DNA of 64,000 nucleotides. It comes from a virus (taxonomy: Duplodnaviria; Caudoviricetes). The stretch lies in the IMG/VR virus record IMGVR_UViG_3300029305_003192; one strand, 5' to 3'. The translations under genes were made by a program, and so were the position numbers. Shown piece after piece: positions 48,335 through 57,754 of the stretch. Under the pieces are notes generated by a model. That model was not told the DNA's origin, searched no databases, and saw only the letters and a program-made list of their open reading frames with translations. The first letter of the stretch is position 1, and each line of letters starts with the position of its first letter.

Positions 48335-48757
48335 ATGCCAGATATACATGATAGAGACGATGATAATGTTGGACCCGTGATGACCCATTCCGATGATGAA
48401 ATGATCAAAGTTGTAACGTTACAAAATCTCAAATCATTCAAGGAGAAGTACGATGTGCAAACAGACACTAAAATCAATACGGCAATTGATAAGCATGATT
48501 CGCACATCAAGAATCTCTTCATACTATTGGGTATATTATATATCATCATGAATGTCGCATTTGGTCATATGCTGGACTTACAGGACCAGCAGATACTGGA
48601 GCTTGAGAACCAGATAAAGTTATTGAGACAGGAGGTTCATTATGCGACCACGCTCACGGCGACAGAAGAAGCAAGCATTGATAAACAAGCTACTCAAGAA
48701 ACACAAAGCATATCTGAAAGCGAAAGCGATGCAGGAAATGATTCCGTCGATAATTGA
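48335..48757 (+). CDS. Coiled-coil single-TM protein
   Basis: GGAGG SD; terminator at 48766-48802. Confidence 0.7.
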   Translation: MPDIHDRDDDNVGPVMTHSDDEMIKVVTLQNLKSFKEKYDVQTDTKINTAIDKHDSHIKNLFILLGILYIIMNVAFGHMLDLQDQQILELENQIKLLRQEVHYATTLTATEEASIDKQATQETQSISESESDAGNDSVDN

Positions 48758-48835
48758 CAAAAAATAAAGAGAGGTATGGCAATATTGCCATACCTCTCTT
48801 TTGAGTGTTAGTATTCTACTTTGTTGGTGAATGTA

Positions 48836-49126
48836 TCAGATTTCTTTCTTCTCTACGAGTTCTCCATCAGGATTCTTGCTGAAGTCGACTGATTCACCGT
48901 TACCATCGAAGTCGTTTGCAGCTTCGGCAATATCGTCAGAATCTGCAATTGGTTCATTACAACAGCAGCAACAATCGCCGTCTTCACATTCACAATCGCA
49001 ACCACAATAGTCGCAATCGTCAAAGTCGTGATAGTTCTCTGCCTCATAATCGTCAACCAACTTCTTAGCAATGATACCTGCTGCAACTCCTGCTCCCACG
49101 AGGAGAGCTCCTTTTAAAATACCCAT
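48836..49126 (-). CDS. Small membrane-anchored protein with Cys-rich acidic segment
   Basis: N-terminal GALLVGAGVAAG helix; CDYCGCDCECEDGDCCCCC. Confidence 0.7.
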   Translation of the reverse strand: MGILKGALLVGAGVAAGIIAKKLVDDYEAENYHDFDDCDYCGCDCECEDGDCCCCCNEPIADSDDIAEAANDFDGNGESVDFSKNPDGELVEKKEI

Positions 49127-49184
49127 AATTTTATCCTCCTTTTAATTTAAGTAATTTATATACAGCCCATGGGTTGGCTGAATA

Positions 49185-49613
49185 TCATGTGTTAATTTCG
49201 CATAGACGGTAGTAATCTTTAGCGAGGTCTATGAAGTGTACCGCTACGAACAGTCTGTCGGCATCTTCATCGTCGTCGAATAGCTTAAGAGCCTCATCCA
49301 ATTCCGATGGAGAGATTTCGTAATCCCATACATCTCCTGTCGATAAGCCTTTACTGCTAAGCACCTCTTCATATGTGTCATAACTGTTATCCGTCTCGGG
49401 TACTATGCAATCATATACTACCCAGCATAAATCAGAACCCGTGATGGCATGGTCGATTAACCATGCACAAAGGGTCTCCTTATATACATTAATTGATTCG
49501 GGATCATTACAATCCCGTATATCGGATTTGAATGCCTTAATCTTATCATCCGTCTCGTTTAGAATTTCTTCAATCCTATGCATACGGGCCATGGTTCTTT
49601 TAACTCCCTCCAT
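49185..49613 (-). CDS. Hypothetical acidic protein
   Basis: AAGGAGG SD; operonic. Confidence 0.7.
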   Translation of the reverse strand: MEGVKRTMARMHRIEEILNETDDKIKAFKSDIRDCNDPESINVYKETLCAWLIDHAITGSDLCWVVYDCIVPETDNSYDTYEEVLSSKGLSTGDVWDYEISPSELDEALKLFDDDEDADRLFVAVHFIDLAKDYYRLCEINT

Positions 49614-49625
49614 TGGAGCACCTCC

Positions 49626-50369
49626 TTATACAAATAACCTTACGAGTGGTAAGATTATATTGACGTAGTTAAAGCTTATGTCTAAATCTGGAATGTCTAT
49701 CTCAGATATGTTATCATATAGATACGATTCACCATCAAATGAAACATGAAACTGAGATGATGAATTGAATTCTCTATAATAGTCGAACTCTAACTCGCGT
49801 TTCTTGTATGCGAGTACAAGCTCACTGAGATATTTATTCATTACGGACTTATCACCATTTGCGGATATTGCAGTATCTACCACATCCTTTATCAGGTGAA
49901 GTATTCCGTTCTGATGCAATGATGCTTGCTTCTGAAGACCTTTAACATCTACACCATTATCGGTGATATAAAACTCAAAGTTTCCTATCATTAAGAATGA
50001 GTGGTATATACCTTTCGGTCGGAATGTTATTGGACCAAATGACGTCTTCGTTGGGGTCTTCGATATTATGAAACAAGCGTCCTTCTTGATAGTTAAGACA
50101 TCGAGGTCGATATCAAGATTATTGGATTTGATAAACATCATCATGATTTCATCAAATCCGTTCTCAAGCTTTGTCGCAAGTTCTTTGTCACGTTGCATGA
50201 GAAGACCTACAGTTACTTTACGTTTATCTGGTGGCATACTACGAATCTGCTCAATAGACTTAGGTGGGAGTAGTTCATAGTACTCAAGCAGTGATACATT
50301 AGCTTGCTTTATATCGTATTCCACGATGGTACTGTTGAGTACCATCGTGGTTGTAGGTGCCATATTCAT
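49626..50369 (-). CDS. Small DNA polymerase-like palm protein (divergent family B-like)
   Basis: IVEYDIKQANVS (motif A-like) and VLTIKKDACF (motif C-like), followed by VDVKGL. Confidence 0.5.
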   Translation of the reverse strand: MNMAPTTTMVLNSTIVEYDIKQANVSLLEYYELLPPKSIEQIRSMPPDKRKVTVGLLMQRDKELATKLENGFDEIMMMFIKSNNLDIDLDVLTIKKDACFIISKTPTKTSFGPITFRPKGIYHSFLMIGNFEFYITDNGVDVKGLQKQASLHQNGILHLIKDVVDTAISANGDKSVMNKYLSELVLAYKKRELEFDYYREFNSSSQFHVSFDGESYLYDNISEIDIPDLDISFNYVNIILPLVRLFV

Positions 50370-51163
50370 TAGAAGTACTTAGTTGTGTAATCATTGATTG
50401 CACACTTCTCATAGAACTTCTTAGCGAATGCGATGAGCTTCTTACGAGCACTCTTGGATACGGCTCCACGCTTCAGGCAGTTGCAGAGAATATCATCTGA
50501 TACCTCATCGATGTCAGAGCCTCTCTTATTGGATTCAAGCTCTTCTGCAAGCTTTCTTCTCTTCTGACGCAGCTTCTTGAGCTTCTTCTCACGCTCATGA
50601 ATGTCATCATCATCGAAGATATCATACTCGCCATACTCAAGGTCGTCGACAAGCTTGTCGATTTTCTTATCGAGTCTCTTGAGTTCATTAGCGATATTAT
50701 CGTGAATATCACCATCAATGTATTTGTGAGCCTTGGTGAACATCACGCATACTGGGCCGTCCTCTTCTTCGAGCTTGAAGTAAGAGTTCATCTTTCTGAT
50801 AAGAATCTTAGCACAGTGCTTGTACGCCTTCTTACCCATAACGATGAATACGTTCTTATTAACAGGCTCTTTGGTAATTTCCTTACCTTCAGATACCTGC
50901 ATGAAAGCGATTGTTGCAATCGCTTTCTTTGCTTCGTTACATTCGAGCCAGCCCTTGATTTTCTTATCCTTGATATTTTCGGATACACCCTTCTCAGTAA
51001 GGATTGCTGGGGGCTCGAGAATCTGGAATGAATCCGAAGCACTTACTGCTCCGAGATTTGAGATTTTGTCATTATCAGTGGTATTGATTACCACGTAGCG
51101 ACCCTTCTTACAGAGTCTGCTGATATTATGAAGGAAATCCTTCTCACTAATTACTACTATCAT
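50369..51163 (-). CDS. Hypothetical protein with coiled coil
   Basis: AAGGAGG SD; operonic. Confidence 0.7.
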   Translation of the reverse strand: MIVVISEKDFLHNISRLCKKGRYVVINTTDNDKISNLGAVSASDSFQILEPPAILTEKGVSENIKDKKIKGWLECNEAKKAIATIAFMQVSEGKEITKEPVNKNVFIVMGKKAYKHCAKILIRKMNSYFKLEEEDGPVCVMFTKAHKYIDGDIHDNIANELKRLDKKIDKLVDDLEYGEYDIFDDDDIHEREKKLKKLRQKRRKLAEELESNKRGSDIDEVSDDILCNCLKRGAVSKSARKKLIAFAKKFYEKCAINDYTTKYF

Positions 51164-52289
51164 TTATATCCTCCTTTGGTATGAAGAGGGGCTGATCCTC
51201 TGTTGGTTTTGTTATCTTGGCATCTTCCAATGCTGTGTGGAAAGCCGAGAATTCTTCAAAGGTTAACAGCGGTACACTTTCAGTACTCATTCTAACCTTA
51301 GGAATGTCTGGCTCGTCGCTAGTGTCAGTGCTGGACGGTAATTCGTTAAATACTGACATATCTTGAGGAGTATTGAGAAATACCTCTTCGGCTGCAGCAC
51401 GATCGGCAATTTTCTTCTTGAGTTCCTCGGACTCTTCTTTGGAGATGAACTCCATCTCACCAGTGTCTTCACCAGTGATTTTGATATACGTGATGTTTTC
51501 AGTGCCCTGATCATCAGCACTGACAACTTCAACTACCGCCTCATCATTATAATCATCAACGTCTTGATGCATCTGATTGAGGATTTCAAATGTCAAGTAC
51601 GGCATCGCACATGACTTGTTACTACAACGATAAGCTGTGAAGTCTGCATTTGGTTCTATCCATGAACCGCACATATCACATCTCAGAGCCTCCTCGTTAC
51701 CACTTATCTTATATAAGTAAGCATAATCGATGAAGACCAACTTATCGTTATCTCTCTTACCAATATTACAATAGTTCTTAGGTGTGGTACCTAAGTCCTG
51801 CATAACGTATCTTGCAGAGAGATAATTAAGCATATCTCTTATCTCACCTTTACGACTTTCGAACTCTTCGAGTGAGATGAGATTACAATATTCTGCTACA
51901 GCTATAAGACGGTTAGTCTCATACACCTTCGCAAACATATCAGGTTCTTCAATGGAACGTAGATATTCCGAAAGGTTATCAACGCATCCTCTCTTATCCA
52001 TCGCAATCTTATAGACATAGTTATTCTTAAGAAATACGATACGGTTTGAACCAACACCTACTTCAGTAAATCCAAGAGGTGTCAGCTTTGCATTGATAAG
52101 GTCAGCTATATGATTAACATTTGACTGACCATTAATGTTAAAGTCACCGTTGACGCATTTGTACAAGAACTCTTTGAGTTCATTATCAAAGTACTCTGCA
52201 ATTCTTGATCCTTTGCGAGAACCACCTTTCATCTTTTCGAGAATCGGGTTCTCATGAAACTTTAACTCATCTAATGGATTAAGTTTCAT
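51147..52289 (-). CDS. Protein kinase-like domain + Zn ribbon + acidic tail
   Basis: VGVGSNRIVF, VYKIA, helix-C Glu (NLSE), QDL...NIG, FIDYAY; CDMC...CSNKSC. Confidence 0.75.
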   Translation of the reverse strand: MKLNPLDELKFHENPILEKMKGGSRKGSRIAEYFDNELKEFLYKCVNGDFNINGQSNVNHIADLINAKLTPLGFTEVGVGSNRIVFLKNNYVYKIAMDKRGCVDNLSEYLRSIEEPDMFAKVYETNRLIAVAEYCNLISLEEFESRKGEIRDMLNYLSARYVMQDLGTTPKNYCNIGKRDNDKLVFIDYAYLYKISGNEEALRCDMCGSWIEPNADFTAYRCSNKSCAMPYLTFEILNQMHQDVDDYNDEAVVEVVSADDQGTENITYIKITGEDTGEMEFISKEESEELKKKIADRAAAEEVFLNTPQDMSVFNELPSSTDTSDEPDIPKVRMSTESVPLLTFEEFSAFHTALEDAKITKPTEDQPLFIPKEDINDSSN

Positions 52290-52292
52290 AGT

Positions 52293-53351
52293 TTACCTCC
52301 TTTTGATGATATCATCGAAAATCTTTCCGTCGATATCAGAAGCTACTCCAGATGAAGCTCTGGATAATGAATGTGCTAAACTTCTCAGCTGGTCACGTGT
52401 CTCTGATAAGCTTCCTTCATATTTCTTCCAACGCTTCTTCTGCTTCTTCAATTCCTTCTTGCTCTTGGTTGAGATACCGAGTTCTCGAGCAACGAAGTTT
52501 GCATATGATGCATCCTTACCACGAAGCTTCTTAAGACGCTTACGAACACCGCGCTCGAATCCATTCTCAACGAAGACTCTGCTCCAGTCGAGAATATCTG
52601 ATGCCTTTCGATTACTAAGTAACCTCTGATCGGACCATACATAAGATTCAGTATTCGAAACGGTTTCCCATCCATCGTCCTTGTCATTATTCATCATGTC
52701 ATAGTACTCTGCAAGCTCTGCTATGGACATCTTGCTAGCGTCAATATCATCGATATTCTGCATACCGAATCCTTCCTGACTAGCAAAGTATTGTGCAACG
52801 ATGTCGTAACTAGCTGCACTATTTGTATCATTACCGATACGCTCATGTCTGTCTTTGGATGAGAATCCTCTCTCCTGAATCTTGAGAGCTCTCTTTCGGA
52901 ACTTCTTTCGAGCCAGCTCAGCTTCAACCTCATTATCATCTCTCGATGTTGAGAATTGTGCATCTGAGAGGTCCCTGAGTTCCAAAGGCTCCAGGGGTTT
53001 AATAAACGTACCCATCTCGATAGGTACGTTACCGGATTTCATTATCGCGACATTCTTCTTGCTCATCTTCAGCTTTGGTCTGTCACGATAACCAGGTGGA
53101 TACTCTCCGTTATGCTCTTCAGCATACATCATAATCATGTCCAATCCACCATAGTAGTCAATTATCTGTCCGATGTACTTGTCGTAAATGTACACTGCGT
53201 CCAGATACTTGTTAAAGTCCTTCGGAGACTTCTGCAAGTTAACGATTGCATAATACGCCTCCGGAATATCCGTATCAATACTCTCGTACCAATACGGGTC
53301 TTCATCGAACTCGTTTGTTAAAATGGTATTACACCACTTTGGCAATTCCAT
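52293..53351 (-). CDS. Hypothetical early protein
   Basis: AGGAGG SD before ATG 53351; early core at 53397-53406. Confidence 0.75.
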   Translation of the reverse strand: MELPKWCNTILTNEFDEDPYWYESIDTDIPEAYYAIVNLQKSPKDFNKYLDAVYIYDKYIGQIIDYYGGLDMIMMYAEEHNGEYPPGYRDRPKLKMSKKNVAIMKSGNVPIEMGTFIKPLEPLELRDLSDAQFSTSRDDNEVEAELARKKFRKRALKIQERGFSSKDRHERIGNDTNSAASYDIVAQYFASQEGFGMQNIDDIDASKMSIAELAEYYDMMNNDKDDGWETVSNTESYVWSDQRLLSNRKASDILDWSRVFVENGFERGVRKRLKKLRGKDASYANFVARELGISTKSKKELKKQKKRWKKYEGSLSETRDQLRSLAHSLSRASSGVASDIDGKIFDDIIKRR

Positions 53352-53471
53352 AATTACTCCTCCTTTCTGCATTATGGATGGCTTAATGCCGTTCGTATTA
53401 TATATACTTCACGGCACAAGCGGCATAAAACGAGTAAGACCCGAAAGTCTTACTCGTTTATAAATACCATA

Positions 53472-54104
53472 TTAGTTTTGTAAGTGAGCTGAGCGTTCCC
53501 TCTTTACAGAGCATCCGCCCTGTTCAAGCTTCTCAACAAGTGCAGAGAGCTTATGTTCCACAATACGGAGATTAGCAATCTCATCTTCGTAGTCCTTGAT
53601 AGTCTTACTGTAGTCAGTAATATGAAAACCCTTACCGACGTATCCACTGAGTACCTGATCGATTTCATCGTAGTCGATAATTGGTCCATAACTATTCTTG
53701 ATAATCATGGATGTCGTATGAATACCATTAGCAAGTGTATAAGCCGTACTACTGAGTCGCTTTATCTCGGCAAGCTCATTACTAGTAGAACGAGATATGA
53801 GCAACTCAGCATCTGCGAACACATTGTATGTATCTACAAGAAATGGATAGAACACCTTTGCTACTTCACCAGCAGACGGAACCTTATCCTTCCATTTGTT
53901 AACGAAAGCCTTTGCAACGGATGCGGTGAATTTAAAGCTATCCATGCTATTATAGAAATCCTTCTCGAGGTCAATATCATCTTTCAGTCTCTGACCGACA
54001 TTAAGTACGTCTGCCAGTGTTGTCTGACCGGAATATGCCATCTGAGAGAGAATCTCCAAGTTAGTCCCAAGTTGAGCAATCAGTTCGATGACCTGATTAG
54101 CCAT
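53472..54104 (-). CDS. Hypothetical protein
   Basis: AAGGAGG SD; hairpin at 53428-53459 downstream. Confidence 0.75.
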   Translation of the reverse strand: MANQVIELIAQLGTNLEILSQMAYSGQTTLADVLNVGQRLKDDIDLEKDFYNSMDSFKFTASVAKAFVNKWKDKVPSAGEVAKVFYPFLVDTYNVFADAELLISRSTSNELAEIKRLSSTAYTLANGIHTTSMIIKNSYGPIIDYDEIDQVLSGYVGKGFHITDYSKTIKDYEDEIANLRIVEHKLSALVEKLEQGGCSVKRERSAHLQN

Positions 54105-54165
54105 GTTTATCCCTCCTTTAGTAAAATATAATCGGTAAGCGAGATAACCCGCTTACCGATTATGA

Positions 54166-54642
54166 TTATTCTTCCTCGTCATCATCGTCTTCGTAACGTT
54201 CTTTTTCATAATCGTTATATACGTGACGTACGTAAAAATCTTCGAAGCTGAGGACTCTACCCTGCAGTAACTTTGCTAGGTACATAGTAATTCCATCATT
54301 GATTTCGTTCAATGATTCTTCATCACGTATGTCCTCCTCATCGACAGATATCAGAATATAGTTCTTACTCTGAGTCCGGATTTCGATATTATGAGAAATC
54401 AGAAGTATGATTCCATTGACCGGTTCTATGAGGTCCGAGCGACAGATGACAGCTACAACCTTTTTACCATCAATCATGTCAAACCTATCGCTTGAGTTGA
54501 TAGGGAAGAACTTGTTGATGTTCCTAAGGATGTCGCATAACGTCAGTCCGTTCTGGTCCAAATTCATATATACGATCTGAATATCGCTTACTGACTCAGG
54601 AAAAAATGTCTTGATAAATGCTTTCTTATCATTCATGCACAT
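54166..54642 (-). CDS. Hypothetical protein with acidic tail
   Basis: ORF with SD; hairpin at 54130-54161. Confidence 0.7.
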   Translation of the reverse strand: MCMNDKKAFIKTFFPESVSDIQIVYMNLDQNGLTLCDILRNINKFFPINSSDRFDMIDGKKVVAVICRSDLIEPVNGIILLISHNIEIRTQSKNYILISVDEEDIRDEESLNEINDGITMYLAKLLQGRVLSFEDFYVRHVYNDYEKERYEDDDDEEE

Positions 54643-54703
54643 AACATCCTTTCGAGGTTGTGAATTTTTAAATCATTATTCTCTTCCTCTAGAATATTAT
54701 CAG

Positions 54704-55093
54704 TTAGCCGGAGAATTTCAAATTATCGAACTGGTGCGTATCGGCACTGCCTTTGCACATGATGAAGTATTTACCCTTCTTCAGTTTATATTCCTTGATA
54801 GTTGTATATCCAAGCTTCCTATAGAGGTTAATCGCGGGCTTATTGTCAACCTTCACGAATAGATAGATACCTTTCCCGGGGAATCTCTTCTTCACATCAG
54901 AATGCATCACACCCATTAGATTGGTTGCAAGCCCTTGACCTCTATATGCTGGATGGGTTTCAACGTCAGATACAAGAATCCAATCGAAGTTCTCTCGGCT
55001 ATAATCATGTATCTTCAGTGATGATATAGTCATACCATCTTTATTCTGGAAGAGGTATGTATTATCATACTGCTTGAGTTTATACTCTAACAT
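54704..55093 (-). CDS. GNAT-family acetyltransferase
   Basis: VETHPAYRGQGLATNLM (acetyl-CoA motif A), NKPAINLYRKLGY. Confidence 0.88.
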   Translation of the reverse strand: MLEYKLKQYDNTYLFQNKDGMTISSLKIHDYSRENFDWILVSDVETHPAYRGQGLATNLMGVMHSDVKKRFPGKGIYLFVKVDNKPAINLYRKLGYTTIKEYKLKKGKYFIMCKGSADTHQFDNLKFSG

Positions 55094-55095
55094 AA

Positions 55096-55908
55096 TTACT
55101 CACCTGATTCGACGGCCTCTGGTTCGACTTTAGCCTTTGCGGCTTTCTTCATTTGCTTTTCAGCCTTTTCCTTCTCTTTTTCCTCCTTGGCCATAGTACC
55201 ACGGTTGGTAGAGATAGTTTCAAGCCATTCCTCTTTTACTTCCGGTAACGGTGTACCTTCGTTGATATTAAGGTAAACAAACTCTGGATTCGCAGCCTCA
55301 GACTGTAAGTCACCACACTGCATCGAGAGCTGAACCTTGAGAGCCAGCTTCTTCTGAATGTGCTCAGCTTTAGTTTCAATAATGTACTGATAGTGCTCAT
55401 AAAGCTTCGCATAGTCGAAAAAGATATGCTGTAAAGGAATGAATACTTTATGACTGTCCACCAATTCATGCTGGGTTTTACTAAGCGGGATGAGACCCAC
55501 AAGCCCAGCATAGTGCAGTTCCATGACACTTTCTGCAATATCGAGCGTATTAAGGGGTTCATTTTGCTCCTCTCTCCTCAGAATCTCCAGGTCTACGATA
55601 TCATAGAGTGGAAATGGTTCATGATGGATTTCGACTGAATATTTCTTGCCCTCACCTTTTGTTACCGCGGGCAAGATGGCACAATGTACCATGTTGTACT
55701 CGTTCTTGAGAAGTGCGATATAATCTTTATACTCAGTAGAAGCTCTGATATAACGCTCGCACTGCTTGATAAGCTTATCTCTCTCACGATTGTTTCTTAT
55801 AAGGTGTACGGTTCTTTCGGGCATCTCATCAACGGTAACGTTGATGGTTTTCGTCTTTCTCTTTGGTACCCTGTCCGCACTAATATTTCTCATTGATATA
55901 ACACTCAT
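55096..55908 (-). CDS. HNH-like fold protein, paralog of 42930..43568
   Basis: C...VEIHH...PLSKTQHELV. Confidence 0.55.
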   Translation of the reverse strand: MSVISMRNISADRVPKRKTKTINVTVDEMPERTVHLIRNNRERDKLIKQCERYIRASTEYKDYIALLKNEYNMVHCAILPAVTKGEGKKYSVEIHHEPFPLYDIVDLEILRREEQNEPLNTLDIAESVMELHYAGLVGLIPLSKTQHELVDSHKVFIPLQHIFFDYAKLYEHYQYIIETKAEHIQKKLALKVQLSMQCGDLQSEAANPEFVYLNINEGTPLPEVKEEWLETISTNRGTMAKEEKEKEKAEKQMKKAAKAKVEPEAVESGE

Positions 55909-56156
55909 TTTGCTGAAGTCTCCTCATCAATGATAGCCAGAAGCCTAGCCTCGTATGCTTCGACACATTTGCATATCTGACCATAGGCTTCTGTCGTATC
56001 ATGAATTTCTTCCGTTAATGTCCTATACATAGATGAACCGCGTTCATATTTAGCTTTTGCCTTTTCAAGCATAGTAATAGTGGATGAGTACTCAATCTTT
56101 AGTCGTCTATAACAGTTGAGACTGTTTGTGACGGATTCACGTGATGCATCTATCAT
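55905..56156 (-). CDS. Small helical hypothetical protein
   Basis: GAGGT SD; ATGA overlap. Confidence 0.65.
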   Translation of the reverse strand: MIDASRESVTNSLNCYRRLKIEYSSTITMLEKAKAKYERGSSMYRTLTEEIHDTTEAYGQICKCVEAYEARLLAIIDEETSAK

Positions 56157-56192
56157 AATCTTTACCTCATAATTATTAGTAGTGAATAACGG

Positions 56193-57644
56193 TTAGAAAA
56201 GGTCGTTGATATCGTCCTTAGTGATAAGCGTCAGATCACTTTCATCAGGAACGATTGGAATATGCTCTGGTGGAATCTCTGGTTCATCAACACCTTCAAT
56301 CTTATCGAGATATGCGACGAACAGATGATACTGTCTGAATCTGAAATGATTCTTCTTTTCATCATAATCACGTTTAGTCGTATTGAAGAGTGTAATCTTG
56401 ATGGAATCTTCCGGTTCTACCTCATCTGCAGGTGGGTCGGTAGATACATACAGTTCATTAGATTCGAAAAGAATCCTGTTGAACTTACCCTGGTAGTCAT
56501 GATAACCAAAGTCGATTTCATCCCAGCCAATTTCAATCTTATCGATAGTTTCAACCAGTGTTTCGGTGGACTCATATCCTTCATAATATGTATCGGTCGC
56601 ATACCCGAAGAAGAAGAGCCTGAATGGGATTTCATCATGTTTAACAGTACGTGTGATGGTGGAAGTACCTGGCTGAATCTCGATTGTGGTATACTGCCAG
56701 TGGTCATAGTTGGGGCTCTCTGGAAGGTCAGGTCTATCTACTGGGAGGTAGAACTTATGAACTTCCTCACCATCTTCCAGACTAGGGAGCTCTACCTTTT
56801 CGTAGTCCGTGAAGAAAATAGATGGACAGAAATACTTAGTACCAATAACTGGGTCAAAGTCGTGGGTTGGGGCTACTGTATCATCCTCCATAAACACGTA
56901 TCTATATGTCATTGGTGTTGACAGTGGATACTGCTTATAGCATGTCATAAAGTCCTCAAAGCTGTGGAAGCCATATGCGATGATAGAGTTAGCATAGTCC
57001 TTGAGTTCTGGGTCAGTGATAAGTGTAAGGAATCCTTCATTATCAATACATGGGCTATATGGCACGTATACATAATCGAGAAGCTTCTTCTGGAACATCT
57101 CGAGAATACGGTCCCTAGTAATATTGAATGATGTGAAGAGATATCCCTTATCATTCCAGCGGACATAAATATCGTGTGTATTATTAGTGTCAGTGCCTGG
57201 AGCACATTCATCGCAGAGTACCTCGCATGTCTTACAACCGCAATTACAGCTACCGTAATAGTCATATGCAATGAATCCATTAGGGAATGTGAATGTGGCA
57301 GTATTACCATCACCACGGATAATAGCAAGCTCGTTGAGATTGTTTACTGGGAGCTCATAATATCCAGGATAGAGAATCTTAACGATACTCTTGATAGGTG
57401 TAAGATCAGTTACCAGACGATGGATATCTGATACATAATTAGCATTTAATGAAATCGGAACCAGGAATATATTTGCGAATTTAACCTTGGAGGCTATTTC
57501 ATATACATCGTCATATGCACCAGGGAAAGTAATAAAGACAAACAATGATGAGGACGCTGGGTCGCTCAACATTGGAATTGCGGTATAACCACCCTCCGGA
57601 TCAGGAGGCTGAAATATACCTGTTAAAGCGAGTAATGGTATCAT
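56193..57644 (-). CDS. Hypothetical late protein, 483 aa, with Cys cluster
   Basis: Late promoter AACA-N6-TAA at 57671-57683 (-); AAAGGAG SD. Confidence 0.7.
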   Translation of the reverse strand: MIPLLALTGIFQPPDPEGGYTAIPMLSDPASSSLFVFITFPGAYDDVYEIASKVKFANIFLVPISLNANYVSDIHRLVTDLTPIKSIVKILYPGYYELPVNNLNELAIIRGDGNTATFTFPNGFIAYDYYGSCNCGCKTCEVLCDECAPGTDTNNTHDIYVRWNDKGYLFTSFNITRDRILEMFQKKLLDYVYVPYSPCIDNEGFLTLITDPELKDYANSIIAYGFHSFEDFMTCYKQYPLSTPMTYRYVFMEDDTVAPTHDFDPVIGTKYFCPSIFFTDYEKVELPSLEDGEEVHKFYLPVDRPDLPESPNYDHWQYTTIEIQPGTSTITRTVKHDEIPFRLFFFGYATDTYYEGYESTETLVETIDKIEIGWDEIDFGYHDYQGKFNRILFESNELYVSTDPPADEVEPEDSIKITLFNTTKRDYDEKKNHFRFRQYHLFVAYLDKIEGVDEPEIPPEHIPIVPDESDLTLITKDDINDLF

Positions 57645-57754
57645 TATCGTTATCTCCTTTCACAAGGTAATTATAAGGGTGTTTCTGGTTCAGCTTGATA
57701 AGAACAATGCCGGAAACAGTTCGATAACCTAATTGAAAGGTGGTGTGACTACAA

